Shown here one piece after another: positions 19,049 to 30,309 of a stretch of 47,114 bases of DNA. Source of the stretch: Candidatus Eiseniibacteriota bacterium (GTDB taxonomy: Bacteria; Eisenbacteria; RBG-16-71-46; DASYSL01). The position numbers and the translations under genes were made by a program. A model generated the notes under the pieces. That model ran no database searches. It had not been told where the DNA came from and worked only from the letters and a program-made list of their open reading frames with translations. Within the stretch, counting starts at the first letter, position 1; every line of letters begins with the position of its first letter. The stretch spans positions 1 through 47,114 of the forward strand of contig JBKJJJ010000203.1 in NCBI GenBank assembly GCA_046598045.1. The letters are read 5' to 3'.

Positions 19049-20954
19049 CGCCCAACCCCGCCCCCGGCACCCGCGCGTTCCCCTCCCGCCGCGTCACGCC
19101 CTCGCGATCGAGCGCCTCGAGCAGCGGCACCGCCCACTTGCGCGAGATCGCGAGCCCTTCCTTGATCTCGGCCACGCTCAGCTCGGGCGCGCGGGCGAAG
19201 TGCGCGCGCACGAATGCGAGGGCCCGCTCCCACGCGCTCCTGGCCCACACGAAGTCGGCGTCGATGCGCACGAGGTCGCCGTCGGCGAGCAGGCGGCCGG
19301 AGAGCTCCATCGCCTCGCCGAGCGACAGGTCGAGCGTCGCCAGGAGCGTCGCGAGTTCGGGCGGCGAGAAGCCGGCGGTCTCGAGCACGCCCGAGAGCTT
19401 GCGGGCCGCCGCCGCGTGCTCGCCGACGAGCTCACGCCCGGGCGCCTCGGCGACGCGGTCGGCACGCGTCGCGCACGTCGCGTCGGCGAGCAGGGACGTC
19501 AGCGCGGCATCGAACACCGCGCCCTCGAGCGCTCGCGCGAGACGCGCCTTGAGCTCGCCGCGCGTGGGGCCCCAGCGCAGCGGATACGCCTTGCCGTAGA
19601 CCGCGAATTCGTCGCGGATCTTCTCGCGTGCCGCGTCGAAACCGTCGCGCGAGAGCGCGCGGCCATCGGACAGGCGCAGCGCCTCGCCGGTGGCGACCAA
19701 CGCGTCGAGCTCGGCGCTGATCTGCGCGGGGTCGGCTTCGAGCGCCTTTGCGATCTCGAGCGACGAGCGCGGCGCCATCCCGGCCTCGTGCAGGGCGAAG
19801 CGCACGCGCTCGCCCGCGCTGCCCGACTCCGCGACGTCGAGCCCGCCCACCGCGCCCTTCCTGCGGCGCTCGGCGAGCGGCTCGAGCACAGTGCCGCCGC
19901 CGAGGGTGCGCATCGGCGAATACGTGCGCAACACGAAGCGATCGCCCCGGGCGGCCACGACCTCGGACTCGAGGCGGACCTGCGCGAGCGCGCTGTGGCC
20001 GGGCTCGAGCGACTCGCCCTCGAGCAGCACGATGCGGCCGAGCGCCTCGCCCGAACCCAGGTGAACGCGCACGCGCGTGCGGTTCTGGAGCGCCTTCGGC
20101 GCGTCGGCGAGCACGTCGATACGCGCACTGAGCAAGGTCGAGGGGGTGAGCGAGCCGGGCGCGAGCACCCAGTCGCCGCGTGACAGGTCGTCCTTCGTCA
20201 GGCCGTGCAGCGCGAGCGCGGTGCGCTGACCTGCGGTGGCGGCGTCGACCGACGCGCCGTGCACCTGCACGCTGCGCACGCGCGCGGTCTTGCCCTGGGG
20301 CTCGACCGCGATCGTGTCACCGACCGCGACGCGGCCCCGCCACAGCGTGCCCGTCACGACGGTGCCGAAGCCCTCGACCGTGAACACGCGGTCGATCGGC
20401 AGGCGCGCGGGCTCGCCGTCGGGGCGATCGGGTTCTTCGGCGAGCAGGCGGTCGAGTTCCGCCAGCAGCTCGGGCTCTCCCTGGCCGGTGACCGCGGAGA
20501 ACGGCACGATCGGCGCGGTCTCGAGGAACGATCCCTTGACCAGCGTGCGCGCGTCGGCGGTGACCTCGGCGAGCCACGCGGGATCGTCGACGAGGTCGGC
20601 CTTGGTGAGCACGATCAGGCCGCGCGGGACGTTCAGCAGCTTGACGATCGCGAAATGCTCGCGCGTCTGCGGCATCACGCCCTCGTCGGCGGCGATCACG
20701 AGCAGCACGGCGTCGATGCCGCCGACGCCGGCGAGCATGTTGCGCACGAAGCGCTCGTGCCCGGGCACGTCGACGATGCCGACGTGGCGCCCGGCGGGCG
20801 TGACGAGCGGCGCGAAGCCGAGATCGATCGAGATCCCGCGCTCCTTCTCTTCCTTGAGGCGATCGGTGTCGATGCCGGTGAGGCGGCGGACGAGCGCGGT
20901 CTTGCCGTGGTCGATGTGCCCGGCCGTGCCGACGACCGCGAGCGCGCGCGCCAT
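19038..20954 (-). CDS. selB: Selenocysteine-specific translation elongation factor
   Basis: [42 protein letters not shown]-terminal winged helix [13 protein letters not shown]; 638 aa from ATG 20954. Confidence 0.96.
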   Translation of the reverse strand: MARALAVVGTAGHIDHGKTALVRRLTGIDTDRLKEEKERGISIDLGFAPLVTPAGRHVGIVDVPGHERFVRNMLAGVGGIDAVLLVIAADEGVMPQTREHFAIVKLLNVPRGLIVLTKADLVDDPAWLAEVTADARTLVKGSFLETAPIVPFSAVTGQGEPELLAELDRLLAEEPDRPDGEPARLPIDRVFTVEGFGTVVTGTLWRGRVAVGDTIAVEPQGKTARVRSVQVHGASVDAATAGQRTALALHGLTKDDLSRGDWVLAPGSLTPSTLLSARIDVLADAPKALQNRTRVRVHLGSGEALGRIVLLEGESLEPGHSALAQVRLESEVVAARGDRFVLRTYSPMRTLGGGTVLEPLAERRRKGAVGGLDVAESGSAGERVRFALHEAGMAPRSSLEIAKALEADPAQISAELDALVATGEALRLSDGRALSRDGFDAAREKIRDEFAVYGKAYPLRWGPTRGELKARLARALEGAVFDAALTSLLADATCATRADRVAEAPGRELVGEHAAAARKLSGVLETAGFSPPELATLLATLDLSLGEAMELSGRLLADGDLVRIDADFVWARSAWERALAFVRAHFARAPELSVAEIKEGLAISRKWAVPLLEALDREGVTRREGNARVPGAGLGGAK

Positions 20955-20956
20955 GG

Positions 20957-22267
20957 TTACTCCGGCCGGCGTTCCACCTGCGCGCCGAGCGTGGCGAGCT
21001 TGGCGGCGAGGTTTTCGTAGCCGCGATCGAGGTGGTAGATGCGCGATACCACAGTCTCGCCCTCGGCCGCGAGGCCGGCGAGCACGAGCGCGGCCGAGGC
21101 GCGCAGGTCGGTCGCCATCACTTGCGCGCCCTTGAGCCCGCTTTTGCCGTGGACCGTCGCGACGTTGTCGACCACGCGGATGTCGGCGCCCATGCGCGCG
21201 AGCTCGGGCGCGTGGCTGAAGCGGTCGTGGTAGATCGTGTCCGTGATCCCGCTCACGCCGTCGGCGACGCTGGCGAGCGCCATGATCTGCGCCTGCATGT
21301 CGGTCGGGAAGCCCGGATAGACGCCGGTCGTGACGTCGGCCGCACGCGGGCGTCCGCCCGACTGCAGGTGGATCGTCATCCCCTTGATCGTGATGCGCGA
21401 GCCCATCGCCTCGAGTGCGCCGAGCGATGCGGCGAGGTGCCCGGGCTGGCAATGCGTGATCGTGACGTCGCCGAGCGTGATCGCGCCGCCGACCAGGTAG
21501 GTCGCGGCCTCGATGCGGTCGGGGATGACCTCGACGTTCGCGGGCTGGAGCGAGTCCACGCCCTCGATCTCGAGGCGCGTCGTGCCGATCCCCTCGATGT
21601 TCGCGCCCATCGCGACCAGATACTCGAGCAACTGCGTGATCTCGGGCTCGATCGCGGCGTTCTCGACCACGGTGATCCCGCGCGCGAGCACCGCGGCCAT
21701 GACCAGGTTGCCGGTCGCGCCCACGCTCGAGATCGGGAAGGTGAAGCGCGTGCCGCGCAGCGACGAGCCGTGAGGCGTTCCGGCGGATGCGGGCGCGGTG
21801 GCGACGATGTAGCCCTCGTCGATCTCGATCGTCGCGCCGAGCGCCTGCATGCTCTTGAGGTGGAGGTCGACCGGGCGCGGGCCCCACGCGCAGCCGCCGG
21901 GCAGCGAGACGCGGGCGCGCCCGAAGCGCGCCAGCAGCGGGCCGAGCACGTAGACCGATGCACGCATGGTCTTGACCAGCTCGTAGGGCGCCTCGACCGA
22001 GGAGCAGGTCGAGGTGTCGATGCGCATGGCGGCGGCGTCCCACCTGATCTTCGCGCCCAGCGCCTCGAGCACGCGCACCATGGTCTGCGTGTCGGCGAGC
22101 CGGGGCACGCGCGTGAGCACGTGCTCGCCGGGGGCGAGCAGCGTCGCGGCCATGAGCGGGAGCGCGGCGTTCTTCGCGCCCGAAACCTCGACCGTGCCCG
22201 AGAGGGGCCGGCCACCCTGGAGGACGAGACAGTCCATGGAAGATCGCTCCGTCGCGGTTGCCGTCAT
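20957..22267 (-). CDS. murA: UDP-N-acetylglucosamine 1-carboxyvinyltransferase
   Basis: [62 protein letters not shown]; alternative start at 22237. Confidence 0.97.
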   Translation of the reverse strand: MTATATERSSMDCLVLQGGRPLSGTVEVSGAKNAALPLMAATLLAPGEHVLTRVPRLADTQTMVRVLEALGAKIRWDAAAMRIDTSTCSSVEAPYELVKTMRASVYVLGPLLARFGRARVSLPGGCAWGPRPVDLHLKSMQALGATIEIDEGYIVATAPASAGTPHGSSLRGTRFTFPISSVGATGNLVMAAVLARGITVVENAAIEPEITQLLEYLVAMGANIEGIGTTRLEIEGVDSLQPANVEVIPDRIEAATYLVGGAITLGDVTITHCQPGHLAASLGALEAMGSRITIKGMTIHLQSGGRPRAADVTTGVYPGFPTDMQAQIMALASVADGVSGITDTIYHDRFSHAPELARMGADIRVVDNVATVHGKSGLKGAQVMATDLRASAALVLAGLAAEGETVVSRIYHLDRGYENLAAKLATLGAQVERRPE

Positions 22268-23145
22268 CGCGTCCGTCCTTGCGCGTCGGGGGAAACTTTG
22301 CGCCGGGCGAGCGCCATGCGCGCGCGGCCCGCGAGATCCAAGACGATGCGCGCATCCTCGTAACCGCCGTGAGCGAGGAAGCGCGCCCGCACAGTATCGC
22401 CCTGCCCCTCGCCCAGTTCAAGCGCGACCAGTCCGCCCGGGCGCACCACGCGCGCGCCGTCCTCCACCAGCCGGACGATCGCGGCCAGCCCGTCGTCGGG
22501 CGCGAACAGCGCGAGCCCCGGCTCGTGGTCGAGCACGTCGCGCGGCAGGAGCGGACGCTCGGACTCGGCGACGTACGGCGGATTCGCGATCAGCGCGTCG
22601 AACGGGCCGCGCACCGCGGTCGCGAGGTCTGAGAGCACGAGGTGCGCCCGGCCGGCGGCCCCGGCCGGCAGACGGGCGCGATTGCGGGCGGCGAAGGCCA
22701 TCGCGCGGGGCGAGAGCTCGGTCATCACGACCGTCGCGTCCGGGCGCTCGCTCGCGAGCGCGAGGCCGATCGCGCCCGAGCCGGTGCAGCACTCGAGCAC
22801 GCGCGGGCGATCGACCGACTCGAGGAAGGCGAGCGTCTCGTCGACCAGCAGCTCGGTCTCGGGGCGCGGGATGAACACGCCGGGCCCGACCTCGAGCACG
22901 AGGTCGCGGTACGCCGCCTCGCCGGCGATGTACTGGATGGGCTCGCCGCCCGCCCGGCGCAACAGCCACAGGCCGAGCGTGCGCGCCAGGCCGGTGTCGA
23001 GCTCCTCGCCGCCCCGCAGGTACACCGCGGCGCGCGGGGCGTCAAGCAGACGGCCGAGGAGCATTTCCGCCTCTCCCCGGCCGTTCGCCAAGCCCGCCTG
23101 CTCGAGTTGCCGCGCCGCGCCGTCGAGCGCTTCGCGCACGGTCAT
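22264..23145 (-). CDS. prmC: Release factor glutamine methyltransferase
   Basis: [35 protein letters not shown] overlap with prfA. Confidence 0.96.
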   Translation of the reverse strand: MTVREALDGAARQLEQAGLANGRGEAEMLLGRLLDAPRAAVYLRGGEELDTGLARTLGLWLLRRAGGEPIQYIAGEAAYRDLVLEVGPGVFIPRPETELLVDETLAFLESVDRPRVLECCTGSGAIGLALASERPDATVVMTELSPRAMAFAARNRARLPAGAAGRAHLVLSDLATAVRGPFDALIANPPYVAESERPLLPRDVLDHEPGLALFAPDDGLAAIVRLVEDGARVVRPGGLVALELGEGQGDTVRARFLAHGGYEDARIVLDLAGRARMALARRKVSPDAQGRTR

Positions 23146-24275
23146 GCGTCGTCGTCCTCGTCCGCGCCCTTCGCCCGCGTCACGAGCGGTGCGGAGTCGT
23201 CGCTGAAGCCCGCCTCGCGCAGCTTGTCCGCGGCGTCCGAGGCGACCATGCCGTCGATCAGCGAGTCGATCCCGCCCTCCATCACGTCGTCGATCTGGTA
23301 GAGCGTGAGGCCGATGCGGTGATCGGTGACTCGGCCCTGCGGAAAGTTGTAGGTGCGGATCTTCGCCGAGCGGTCCCCGGTCGAGACCTGCTCCTTGCGG
23401 GCGCGCGAACGCTCCGAGGCTTCCTTCTGGATCTTGAGGTCGAGCAGGCGGGAGCGCAGCACCTTCATCGCCTTTGCGCGGTTCTTGATCTGCGAGCGCT
23501 CGTCCTGGCAGGTCACGATCATGCCGGTCGGCAGGTGATGGATGCGCACCGCCGAGTCGGTCGTGTTCACACCCTGGCCGCCCTTGCCGCTCGAGCGGTA
23601 GACGTCGACCAGGATCTCGTCGTCCCTGATCTCGAGATCGACGTCCTCGGCCTCGGGCAGCACCGCGACGGTGGCGGCCGAGGTGTGGATGCGGCCCTGG
23701 GCCTCGGTCGCGGGCACGCGCTGGACGCGGTGGACACCCGACTCCCACTTGAGCCGCGCGTACGCGCCGTCGCCCTCGATCCCGGCGATGACCTCCTTGA
23801 TGCCGCCCATCTCGGCGGGCGACATGGAGAGGATCTCGAGCTTCCAGCGGTGCTTCTCGGCGTACTTCTGGTACATGCGGAAGATCTCACCGGCGAACAG
23901 CGCGGCCTCTTCCCCGCCCGCGCCGGCGCGGATCTCGAGGACCACGTTCTTGTCGTCGTTGGGATCCTTGGGCAGGAGCAGCGTGTGCACGGTGCGCTCG
24001 AGCGCCTCGCGGCGCTGCACGAGCTCCGGCAGCTCCGCGTTCGCCAGCGACGCCATCTCGGCGTCGCCCGAGCGGGCGAGCTCTTCGTTGCCCGCGATCT
24101 GCTTCTCGACGTCCTTCAGCTCTGCGCCGGCCCGGATGAGCGCGTCCATCGACGCGCGCTCCTTGGCCACCTTGGTCATCTGCTTCGGCTGCGCCAGCAC
24201 GGCCGGATCGGACAGGGCGTCCGTCAGCTCACGGTAGCGCGACTCGACCCGCGCCAGGGTTTCCTGGAGAGACAC
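23142..24275 (-). CDS. prfA: Peptide chain release factor 1
   Basis: [12 protein letters not shown] (PxT, RF1 type), [19 protein letters not shown]. Confidence 0.98.
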   Translation of the reverse strand: MSLQETLARVESRYRELTDALSDPAVLAQPKQMTKVAKERASMDALIRAGAELKDVEKQIAGNEELARSGDAEMASLANAELPELVQRREALERTVHTLLLPKDPNDDKNVVLEIRAGAGGEEAALFAGEIFRMYQKYAEKHRWKLEILSMSPAEMGGIKEVIAGIEGDGAYARLKWESGVHRVQRVPATEAQGRIHTSAATVAVLPEAEDVDLEIRDDEILVDVYRSSGKGGQGVNTTDSAVRIHHLPTGMIVTCQDERSQIKNRAKAMKVLRSRLLDLKIQKEASERSRARKEQVSTGDRSAKIRTYNFPQGRVTDHRIGLTLYQIDDVMEGGIDSLIDGMVASDAADKLREAGFSDDSAPLVTRAKGADEDDDA

Positions 24276-24290
24276 GGGTGAGCGCGGGCC

Positions 24291-24524
24291 TCAGCTTGCG
24301 GGCGTCGGGGGCGTCTCTTCGCCCTTGCTGTACTTGCGGCGGAAACGCTCCACGCGGCCGGCGGTGTCGAGCAGGCGCTGCTTGCCCGTGAAGAACGGGT
24401 GGCAGTTCGAGCAGATCTCGACGTGATAGTCCTTGCCGGACGTCGAACGCGTCTCGTAGGCGGTCTTGCAGCCCGTGCACAGGATCGTGATCGGGTTGTA
24501 CTCGGGATGGATGCCGGTCTTCAT
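24291..24524 (-). CDS. rpmE: 50S ribosomal protein L31 (Cys-containing, Zn-type)
   Basis: [31 protein letters not shown]. Confidence 0.97.
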   Translation of the reverse strand: MKTGIHPEYNPITILCTGCKTAYETRSTSGKDYHVEICSNCHPFFTGKQRLLDTAGRVERFRRKYSKGEETPPTPAS

Positions 24525-24542
24525 GGTGCCCTCCTCGAACCG

Positions 24543-25790
24543 TTACTGGTTCATCAACTCCAGGAACTTCTTGTTGGTCTTGGTCTCGTTGATCTTGTTG
24601 ATCAGGAACTCCATCGCCTCGAGCGAGTTCAGCTCGTTCATGAACTTGCGCAGGATCCACATGCGCGGCAGCACGTCCGGACCGAGCAGCAACTCTTCTT
24701 TGCGCGTGCCCGAGCGGTTCAGGTCGATCGCCGGGAAGATGCGCTTGTCCGCCAGCTTGCGATCGAGGACGAGCTCCATGTTGCCGGTGCCCTTGAACTC
24801 CTCGAAGATCACCTCGTCCATGCGCGAGCCGGTCTCGATCAGCGCGGTGGCGATGATCGTGAGCGAGCCTCCCTCCTCGACGTTACGCGCGGCGCCGAAG
24901 AACCGCTTCGGCCGCTGCAGCGCGTTCGCGTCCACGCCGCCCGAGAGGATCTTGCCCGAGTGCGGCACGACCGCGTTGTGGGCGCGGGCGAGGCGCGTGA
25001 TCGAATCGAGCAGGATCACGACGTCCCGCTTGTGCTCGACCAGGCGCTTCGCCTTCTCGATCACCATGTCCGCCACCTGCACGTGGCGCTCGGCCGGCTC
25101 GTCGAAGGTCGAGGAGACGACCTCGCCGTTGACCGTGCGCTTCATGTCGGTGACTTCCTCGGGGCGCTCGTCGATCAGCAATACGATGAGCACGACCTCC
25201 GGATGATTCTCGCTGATCGCGTTCGCGATGCGCTGGAGGATGATCGTCTTGCCGGTGCGCGGCGGGGCGACGATCAAGCCGCGCTGGCCCTTGCCGATGG
25301 GCGCCACGAGGTCGATGATGCGGGTTTCGAGCGCCCGCGCCTTGGTCTCCAGGTTGAGTTTATCCTGGGGATAGAGCGGTGTCAGGTTGTCGAAAAGGAT
25401 CTTCTCCTTGGCGACGTCCGGGCTCTCGAAGTTGACCGCCTCGACCCGCAAGAGGGCGAAGTAGCGCTCACCCTCCTTCGGGGGGCGCACCTGGCCGGAG
25501 ATCGTGTCGCCGGTCCTCAGGTCGAAGCGCTTGATCTGGCTGGGCGAGACGTAGATGTCGTCCGGGCCCGGCAGGTAGTTGTAATCGGGCGAGCGGAGGA
25601 AGCCGTAGCCCTCGGGCAGGATCTCGAGTACACCCTCGGCGAAGATCAGGCCGTTCTTCTCGGTCTGCGCCTCGAGGATCTTGAAGATGAGTTCCTGCTT
25701 GCGCAGGCCGCTCGTACCCTGCAGTTCCAGTTCCTGAGCCACCGACAGCAACTCGGAAATGGTCTTGCCCTTGAGTTCCATGATGTCCAT
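24543..25790 (-). CDS. rho: Transcription termination factor Rho
   Basis: [48 protein letters not shown]; 415 aa. Confidence 0.99.
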   Translation of the reverse strand: MDIMELKGKTISELLSVAQELELQGTSGLRKQELIFKILEAQTEKNGLIFAEGVLEILPEGYGFLRSPDYNYLPGPDDIYVSPSQIKRFDLRTGDTISGQVRPPKEGERYFALLRVEAVNFESPDVAKEKILFDNLTPLYPQDKLNLETKARALETRIIDLVAPIGKGQRGLIVAPPRTGKTIILQRIANAISENHPEVVLIVLLIDERPEEVTDMKRTVNGEVVSSTFDEPAERHVQVADMVIEKAKRLVEHKRDVVILLDSITRLARAHNAVVPHSGKILSGGVDANALQRPKRFFGAARNVEEGGSLTIIATALIETGSRMDEVIFEEFKGTGNMELVLDRKLADKRIFPAIDLNRSGTRKEELLLGPDVLPRMWILRKFMNELNSLEAMEFLINKINETKTNKKFLELMNQ

Positions 25791-25985
25791 TGAAGATTGC
25801 TCCTTGGGTCGGGGCCCGGGCCTGCCGCCGTCGGGACTGCGCGGAGCGGGTTCGGGCGCCGTCCGGGACCCTGTCCCGGGGGGCTCTGAGAGCCGGGGTC
25901 TTGCGTTCCTACGCGGTGAGGTACATCGAAAGATCGGTGGGGAAGAGGACTTCGGAGCTGCCCCGGCCGTCTACCGGTTGGGGCG

Positions 25986-26015
25986 AAACTAGAGCCTGAT
26001 CCGTTGTCCTGTCAA
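25986..26015 (-). promoter_or_regulatory. sigma70-type promoter of the rho operon
   Basis: TTGACA (26015-26010), 18 nt, TAGTTT (25991-25986); the -35 box contains the stop codon of the upstream gene. Confidence 0.7.
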
Positions 26016-27556
26016 CGGGAAATCCGAGCCTCCTGGGCCGGTCGAGCCACGTCCACCGGCCTCCAGGCCGACAGCCGGGAGGGCTCGTGGAGCAGCACCG
26101 GGAGGGTCACGAACGTGTAACCCTCGGCCCTCAGCCGCTCGATGATCCGCGGCAGGGCCGCCACGGTGGCGCTGCGGTTCGCGTGGTGGTCGAGGTTCAG
26201 CCCGTCGTGGAGCAGGATGATCGCCCCGGGGTGCGCCTGGGCGAGCGTCGAGCGGACGAGGGCGTCGGGCGTCCTGGGCTCCCAGTCCCGCGGCGCATCG
26301 TCCCACGTCACGGTGAGCAGCGAGTCGCGCGCGACCAGGCCCATCAGCCAGGGCGAGCGCAGCCCCTGCGGCGGGCGGAACAGGTGGGCATAGACGCCGG
26401 TCGCGCGCTCGATCGCGCGCTCGGCCTGGTCGAGATCCCGCGCCTGCAGCCACTCGGGCTCGAGCGCGAACGCGGGCGTGTGCGACTGGGTGTGATTCCC
26501 GATCGCGTCGCCGTCGCGCACCATGCGTGCCGCGGCCTGGGGATCGAGCGCAACGCTCTTGCCCACCAGGAAGAACGTCGCCGGCACGTGCTCGCGCTCG
26601 AGCGTGGCGAGCACCTGCGAGGTGTACGGCTCCTCGGGCCCGTCGTCGAACGTGAGTGCGATCACCTTGCTATGCGTCGCGAGCGTCCACTCGGTGCGTC
26701 CGAACGCGTGCGACCACGGGGCGAACGCCGACCAGCCGAGTCCGGCGAGGATCAGCGTCGCGAGCGCGGTGGCCATCAACTGGCCGCGGCGCGACCGCCG
26801 CGCTGGCGCGTTGCGCGCGCGCCTCGGCGGCGGGGCCGCGTCGCGGATCGTGGTGAACTCGCGCCACAGCGGTTGGCCCGTCCCATGGAACCATGCGTAG
26901 TTCGACACCGATTGCAGGAGGCTCGGGAGCAGTGCCTGATTCCAGCGCCGCGACGAGGTGCGCACGAACAGGTCGGCGAGCACGACGACCGTCCCCTGGG
27001 CTTGCAGGCGTTCCGACAACTCGGTGTCCGCCTGGAAGCTGAAGTCGCGATTCCAGCCGCCTGCGCGCTCGAAGGCGTCGCGCCGCACGGAGAGGTTCGC
27101 CCCCCACAGGTGCGGGCCGGCGGGATTGGCGCGATCGAGGCGATTGACCAGCGGCAGCACACCCTCGGTGAACAAACGTCCCTGGCGATTCGCGCCGCAG
27201 AACTCGATCAAGCCTCCCACCGCGACCACCACGGGATCGGCGTCGTAGGCCCCGACCAGCCGCGCGATCCAATCGCGCGGCACGACCGAGTCGGCGTCGG
27301 TCACCGCCACGATCTCGCTCTTCGCCTCTTCGAAGCCGCGCCAGAGTGCCGGCCCGTAGCCGCGACGGGGCTCTTCGATCACGCGCACGCGCGCGCCGAA
27401 CGAGCGCGCCACGCACGCGGTGTCGTCGGTGCTCGCGTTGTCCACCAGCAGGATCTCGATCGGGCCGGCGTAGTCCTGGGCGAGGAGCGACGCCAGGCAC
27501 GCGGGCAGCAGCAACTCTTCGTTGTACGCGGGGACCACGACGCTGACGCTGCGCAC
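26012..27556 (-). CDS. GT2 glycosyltransferase - TM - polysaccharide deacetylase (CE4/NodB) fusion
   Basis: GT2: VVVPAYNEE, VDNASTD, DAD, GANLSVRR, SSRRW. CE4: TFDDGP, NHTQSH, FRPP.G, ILLHDG. Single open frame from GTG 27556. Confidence 0.88.
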   Translation of the reverse strand: MRSVSVVVPAYNEELLLPACLASLLAQDYAGPIEILLVDNASTDDTACVARSFGARVRVIEEPRRGYGPALWRGFEEAKSEIVAVTDADSVVPRDWIARLVGAYDADPVVVAVGGLIEFCGANRQGRLFTEGVLPLVNRLDRANPAGPHLWGANLSVRRDAFERAGGWNRDFSFQADTELSERLQAQGTVVVLADLFVRTSSRRWNQALLPSLLQSVSNYAWFHGTGQPLWREFTTIRDAAPPPRRARNAPARRSRRGQLMATALATLILAGLGWSAFAPWSHAFGRTEWTLATHSKVIALTFDDGPEEPYTSQVLATLEREHVPATFFLVGKSVALDPQAAARMVRDGDAIGNHTQSHTPAFALEPEWLQARDLDQAERAIERATGVYAHLFRPPQGLRSPWLMGLVARDSLLTVTWDDAPRDWEPRTPDALVRSTLAQAHPGAIILLHDGLNLDHHANRSATVAALPRIIERLRAEGYTFVTLPVLLHEPSRLSAWRPVDVARPAQEARISR

Positions 27557-27561
27557 GGTCC

Positions 27562-28119
27562 TCAGCGCTTGGGAGAGGCCGGCGCCGACTTCGGCCCGCC
27601 CGAGGGCGCCCCGTCGGCCATCCGCGCGTCGAGCAGACGGGCCTTGAGCTCGGTCACATAACCGCGGCATTCGTGCTGCCCTGCGGCCTGCGCGAGCGGC
27701 AGCACGGGGCCGCCGTCGAGGTTCGTCTGGGTGGCGATACCGCCGAGCACACGCACCTCGGTCCGCCCGGGCCCGGCGGCCTTGAGCGCGACCGCGACCC
27801 GAACACGGGCCTGCCCGGCCGCCATGCGCACGAGCGGGTGATGCACCGGCTTCCATTTGGTGACCATCGATCCGGTCTTGGGATCGTCGCGGTCGACCAC
27901 CCAGTGGTCGCTCGCCAGCACCCACTGGCCGGCGGCGTAGACCTCTTCCATGGAGCCGTTGAGCGTGTCGACCACGGCATCTCCAACGTACAGGTGCCAG
28001 CCGTCCTCGCTGGCGGCGCTTCCGGCTCGAGCCGCCGGGATGGACAGGGCGACGATGGTGGCGAGGAGTGCGGACACGGCAAGGACCGGGCGCCGCAAGA
28101 CGTGCGCGTCGAGGAGCAT
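27562..28119 (-). CDS. Hypothetical secreted protein
   Basis: Signal peptide (RRPVLAVSALLATIVALSIPAARA); ends 5 nt before the GT2-CE4 start. Confidence 0.75.
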   Translation of the reverse strand: MLLDAHVLRRPVLAVSALLATIVALSIPAARAGSAASEDGWHLYVGDAVVDTLNGSMEEVYAAGQWVLASDHWVVDRDDPKTGSMVTKWKPVHHPLVRMAAGQARVRVAVALKAAGPGRTEVRVLGGIATQTNLDGGPVLPLAQAAGQHECRGYVTELKARLLDARMADGAPSGGPKSAPASPKR

Positions 28120-28300
28120 GGCTCACTTCCCAGGGTGCGTGGCGTGGTGGCTCGTCCGGGGCAATCGCCCCAGGAAGCGCCCGAACTGGCCCGGTCGGTC
28201 AACGTGGTCTACCCGCGAGGGGACGGGGCGTTCCCGGAAAGAATTTGGGGTGGCCGCGGCCTGAACCGCGGCTGAATGGCCTCGGCGGGGCTCGGCGGGG

Positions 28301-28675
28301 TCAGGGGTGCCCGGACGGCATGCCCCTCATGAATTGCAGCATGCCGTCGGGCGAGCTCAACATGGCCCAGATCCCGATCAGGCTCACGAGCGCGAGCGCG
28401 GCGAGGAGGATGAGCAGCGTCCGCAGGTCCCGCTTCCATTTTCGGCGTGCCATGACGACGACCGTGGCCACGAGGATCAGGAAGAACGCGAGGCTGCCGC
28501 CGGGCAGCGCGCCCAGCGCGAACACGAGGAACGCGATCCCGCCCACAACGAACATCGCCACCACGGCCCGGGTCAGCTCACGTCTCAGCCGCTGGTCCTG
28601 CGCGGCGGGATCCTCGTCCTGCACGATTTCGACCGGGCGTTTGCGGTACGGCGGCGGTCGCAGGAGATCGGTCAT
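28301..28675 (-). CDS. Small membrane protein, MTDxLRPPPYR family copy 2
   Basis: About 3 TM segments; TGATG overlap with the upstream gene. Confidence 0.75.
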   Translation of the reverse strand: MTDLLRPPPYRKRPVEIVQDEDPAAQDQRLRRELTRAVVAMFVVGGIAFLVFALGALPGGSLAFFLILVATVVVMARRKWKRDLRTLLILLAALALVSLIGIWAMLSSPDGMLQFMRGMPSGHP

Positions 28676-29028
28676 CAGCGCCCCCAGTGCGCGAACATGT
28701 TGAAGCAGGCCCCCGCCAGCACGAGGACGAGCGCCGCAAACAGGATGAGCCCGAAGATCACTCCTCGCCAGCGTTTTTTCAAGGCGAGCCAGATGCCCCC
28801 CACCATCAGCGCCAGGCTGAGCAGGTTGGACAGCAGGAAGCCGAGGGGCCAGCCGTGAGTGGAGGAGCCATGCGCCAGGGAAACCCCGATCCAGCTCACC
28901 GCCGTCGCGATCAACGGCAGGAAGAAGCCGAACGCGATCTGCTTGCCGAGCGGGAACGATCGAACCGCCGCCGGAATGGGCGGGGCGGGCTGGCCGAACG
29001 GCGGCGTGGGCGGGGTCACGGGATCCAT
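28675..29028 (-). CDS. Small membrane protein with Pro-rich N-terminus
   Basis: About 3 TM segments; AGGAG SD before ATG 29028. Confidence 0.75.
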   Translation of the reverse strand: MDPVTPPTPPFGQPAPPIPAAVRSFPLGKQIAFGFFLPLIATAVSWIGVSLAHGSSTHGWPLGFLLSNLLSLALMVGGIWLALKKRWRGVIFGLILFAALVLVLAGACFNMFAHWGR

Positions 29029-29071
29029 GGGGTCTCCTGACGAGGATCGAAGCGGCTCCGGCGGCCGACGG

Positions 29072-29386
29072 CTAGAACCACCAGTGCGGACCGAACCAAT
29101 AGTACCGGGAAAACCAGTACAGGCGTTTTCGCAAGCCCGGCAGCGCGAACGCGGTGATGATCACGACCAGCGTCAGCAGGCCGTCGCCGCCCGCGAGGCG
29201 GCCGCCCCCGTCGCTCCTGATCAGCAGCAGGACCGCGCCCATGGCGATGACGGCCGTCACGGCCATGCGCACGAGTTGCCGGAGGAGGCTCAGGTCCTGC
29301 TGCCCGGGCGTTCCCTCGGGCGGGGGCTCGGGGGTGCGGTAGGGCTCGCGCGGGCGGTACGGCGGCGGACGGAGGTCGTCGGTCAT
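29072..29386 (-). CDS. Small membrane protein, MTDxLRPPPYR family copy 1
   Basis: 2 TM segments and an aromatic tail (YWFSRYYWFGPHWWF); starts 9 nt after the cdaR stop. Confidence 0.72.
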   Translation of the reverse strand: MTDDLRPPPYRPREPYRTPEPPPEGTPGQQDLSLLRQLVRMAVTAVIAMGAVLLLIRSDGGGRLAGGDGLLTLVVIITAFALPGLRKRLYWFSRYYWFGPHWWF

Positions 29387-29395
29387 CGCCCCCGC

Positions 29396-30309
29396 CTAGT
29401 GCAGCACCACGCGCACCGAGTCGGGGTCGAGCACGAGACGCTCCGCGCCGGGCCCGAGGACCCGCACCGGGAGCGTCCACGTGCCACGCCCGCGGCGTTC
29501 GGCATCGACCACCGCCCGGAAGTCGCGCGCGTCGACCGAGGCCGCGTGCGCCCGCGGGCCGTGCCAGGTGGCGGAGATGGTCTTCGGGCGCAGCTCCACG
29601 CGCAGCTCACCGCGGATGCCGCGCACCTCGGGGTCGAGCGCGAGCGACTTCGATGCCGCGGCGTCGATCGGGATCGAGACCAGCACCGATCCGGGCGAGG
29701 CGTGCGCCCACACCGGCGGCGCAACCAGCGCCTGCACGAGCTCGAGCGTGTCCCGCTTCCCGGCGATCGAGATCGGCTCGGTGCGCAGCGTCTCCTGCCG
29801 CGCGACCCAGCTCGCCGGGCCCGAGATCCGCACCGAGGCCGGGCGAATCGTGGGAGCGCCGGCGACGATCAGCCCGCGTGCGGGCTCGCCCGTGATGGGC
29901 ACGACGACCGGCACGAGCCGGGACCCGCGTTTGGTCACCTCGAGCCGCACCTCGGCGGGGTCCTTGACCTCGATCACGGTCACGTCGGTCGTGCCCGTGA
30001 GCGGCACATCGGTCGGCCCGAGGGCGCGCTGAAACAGCCCGGGCGCAACGCCCACGAGCGAGACCTTGAGCGGCGGCGCGTGCCTGCCCAGCCACCACAA
30101 CTGCTTGACGGTGCCGCGCAGCCGCACACCGACCTCCGCGGGCACGCTCGAAGCGAGCGCCAGTGAGTCGGGGAGTCCATCGACCACGACCGGAAAGTAG
30201 AGCGTCTGCTCGACCGTGCGATCGGTCAGCACGTTGAAGTAGAGCAGGGCCGCGAGCAGCAGCGCGAACAGCTTGAGCCCGAGGTTGTCGAACAGCCAGC
30301 CCGACCACT

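Noticed and set aside
21770..21800. Short insertion (about [11 protein letters not shown]) in MurA
   Set aside because: Probably an ordinary loop insertion; catalytic motifs including the active-site Cys are intact.
19038..22421. 1127-aa ORF suggesting an N-terminally extended SelB
   Set aside because: The extension is an alternate frame of murA; SelB homology starts at ATG 20954.
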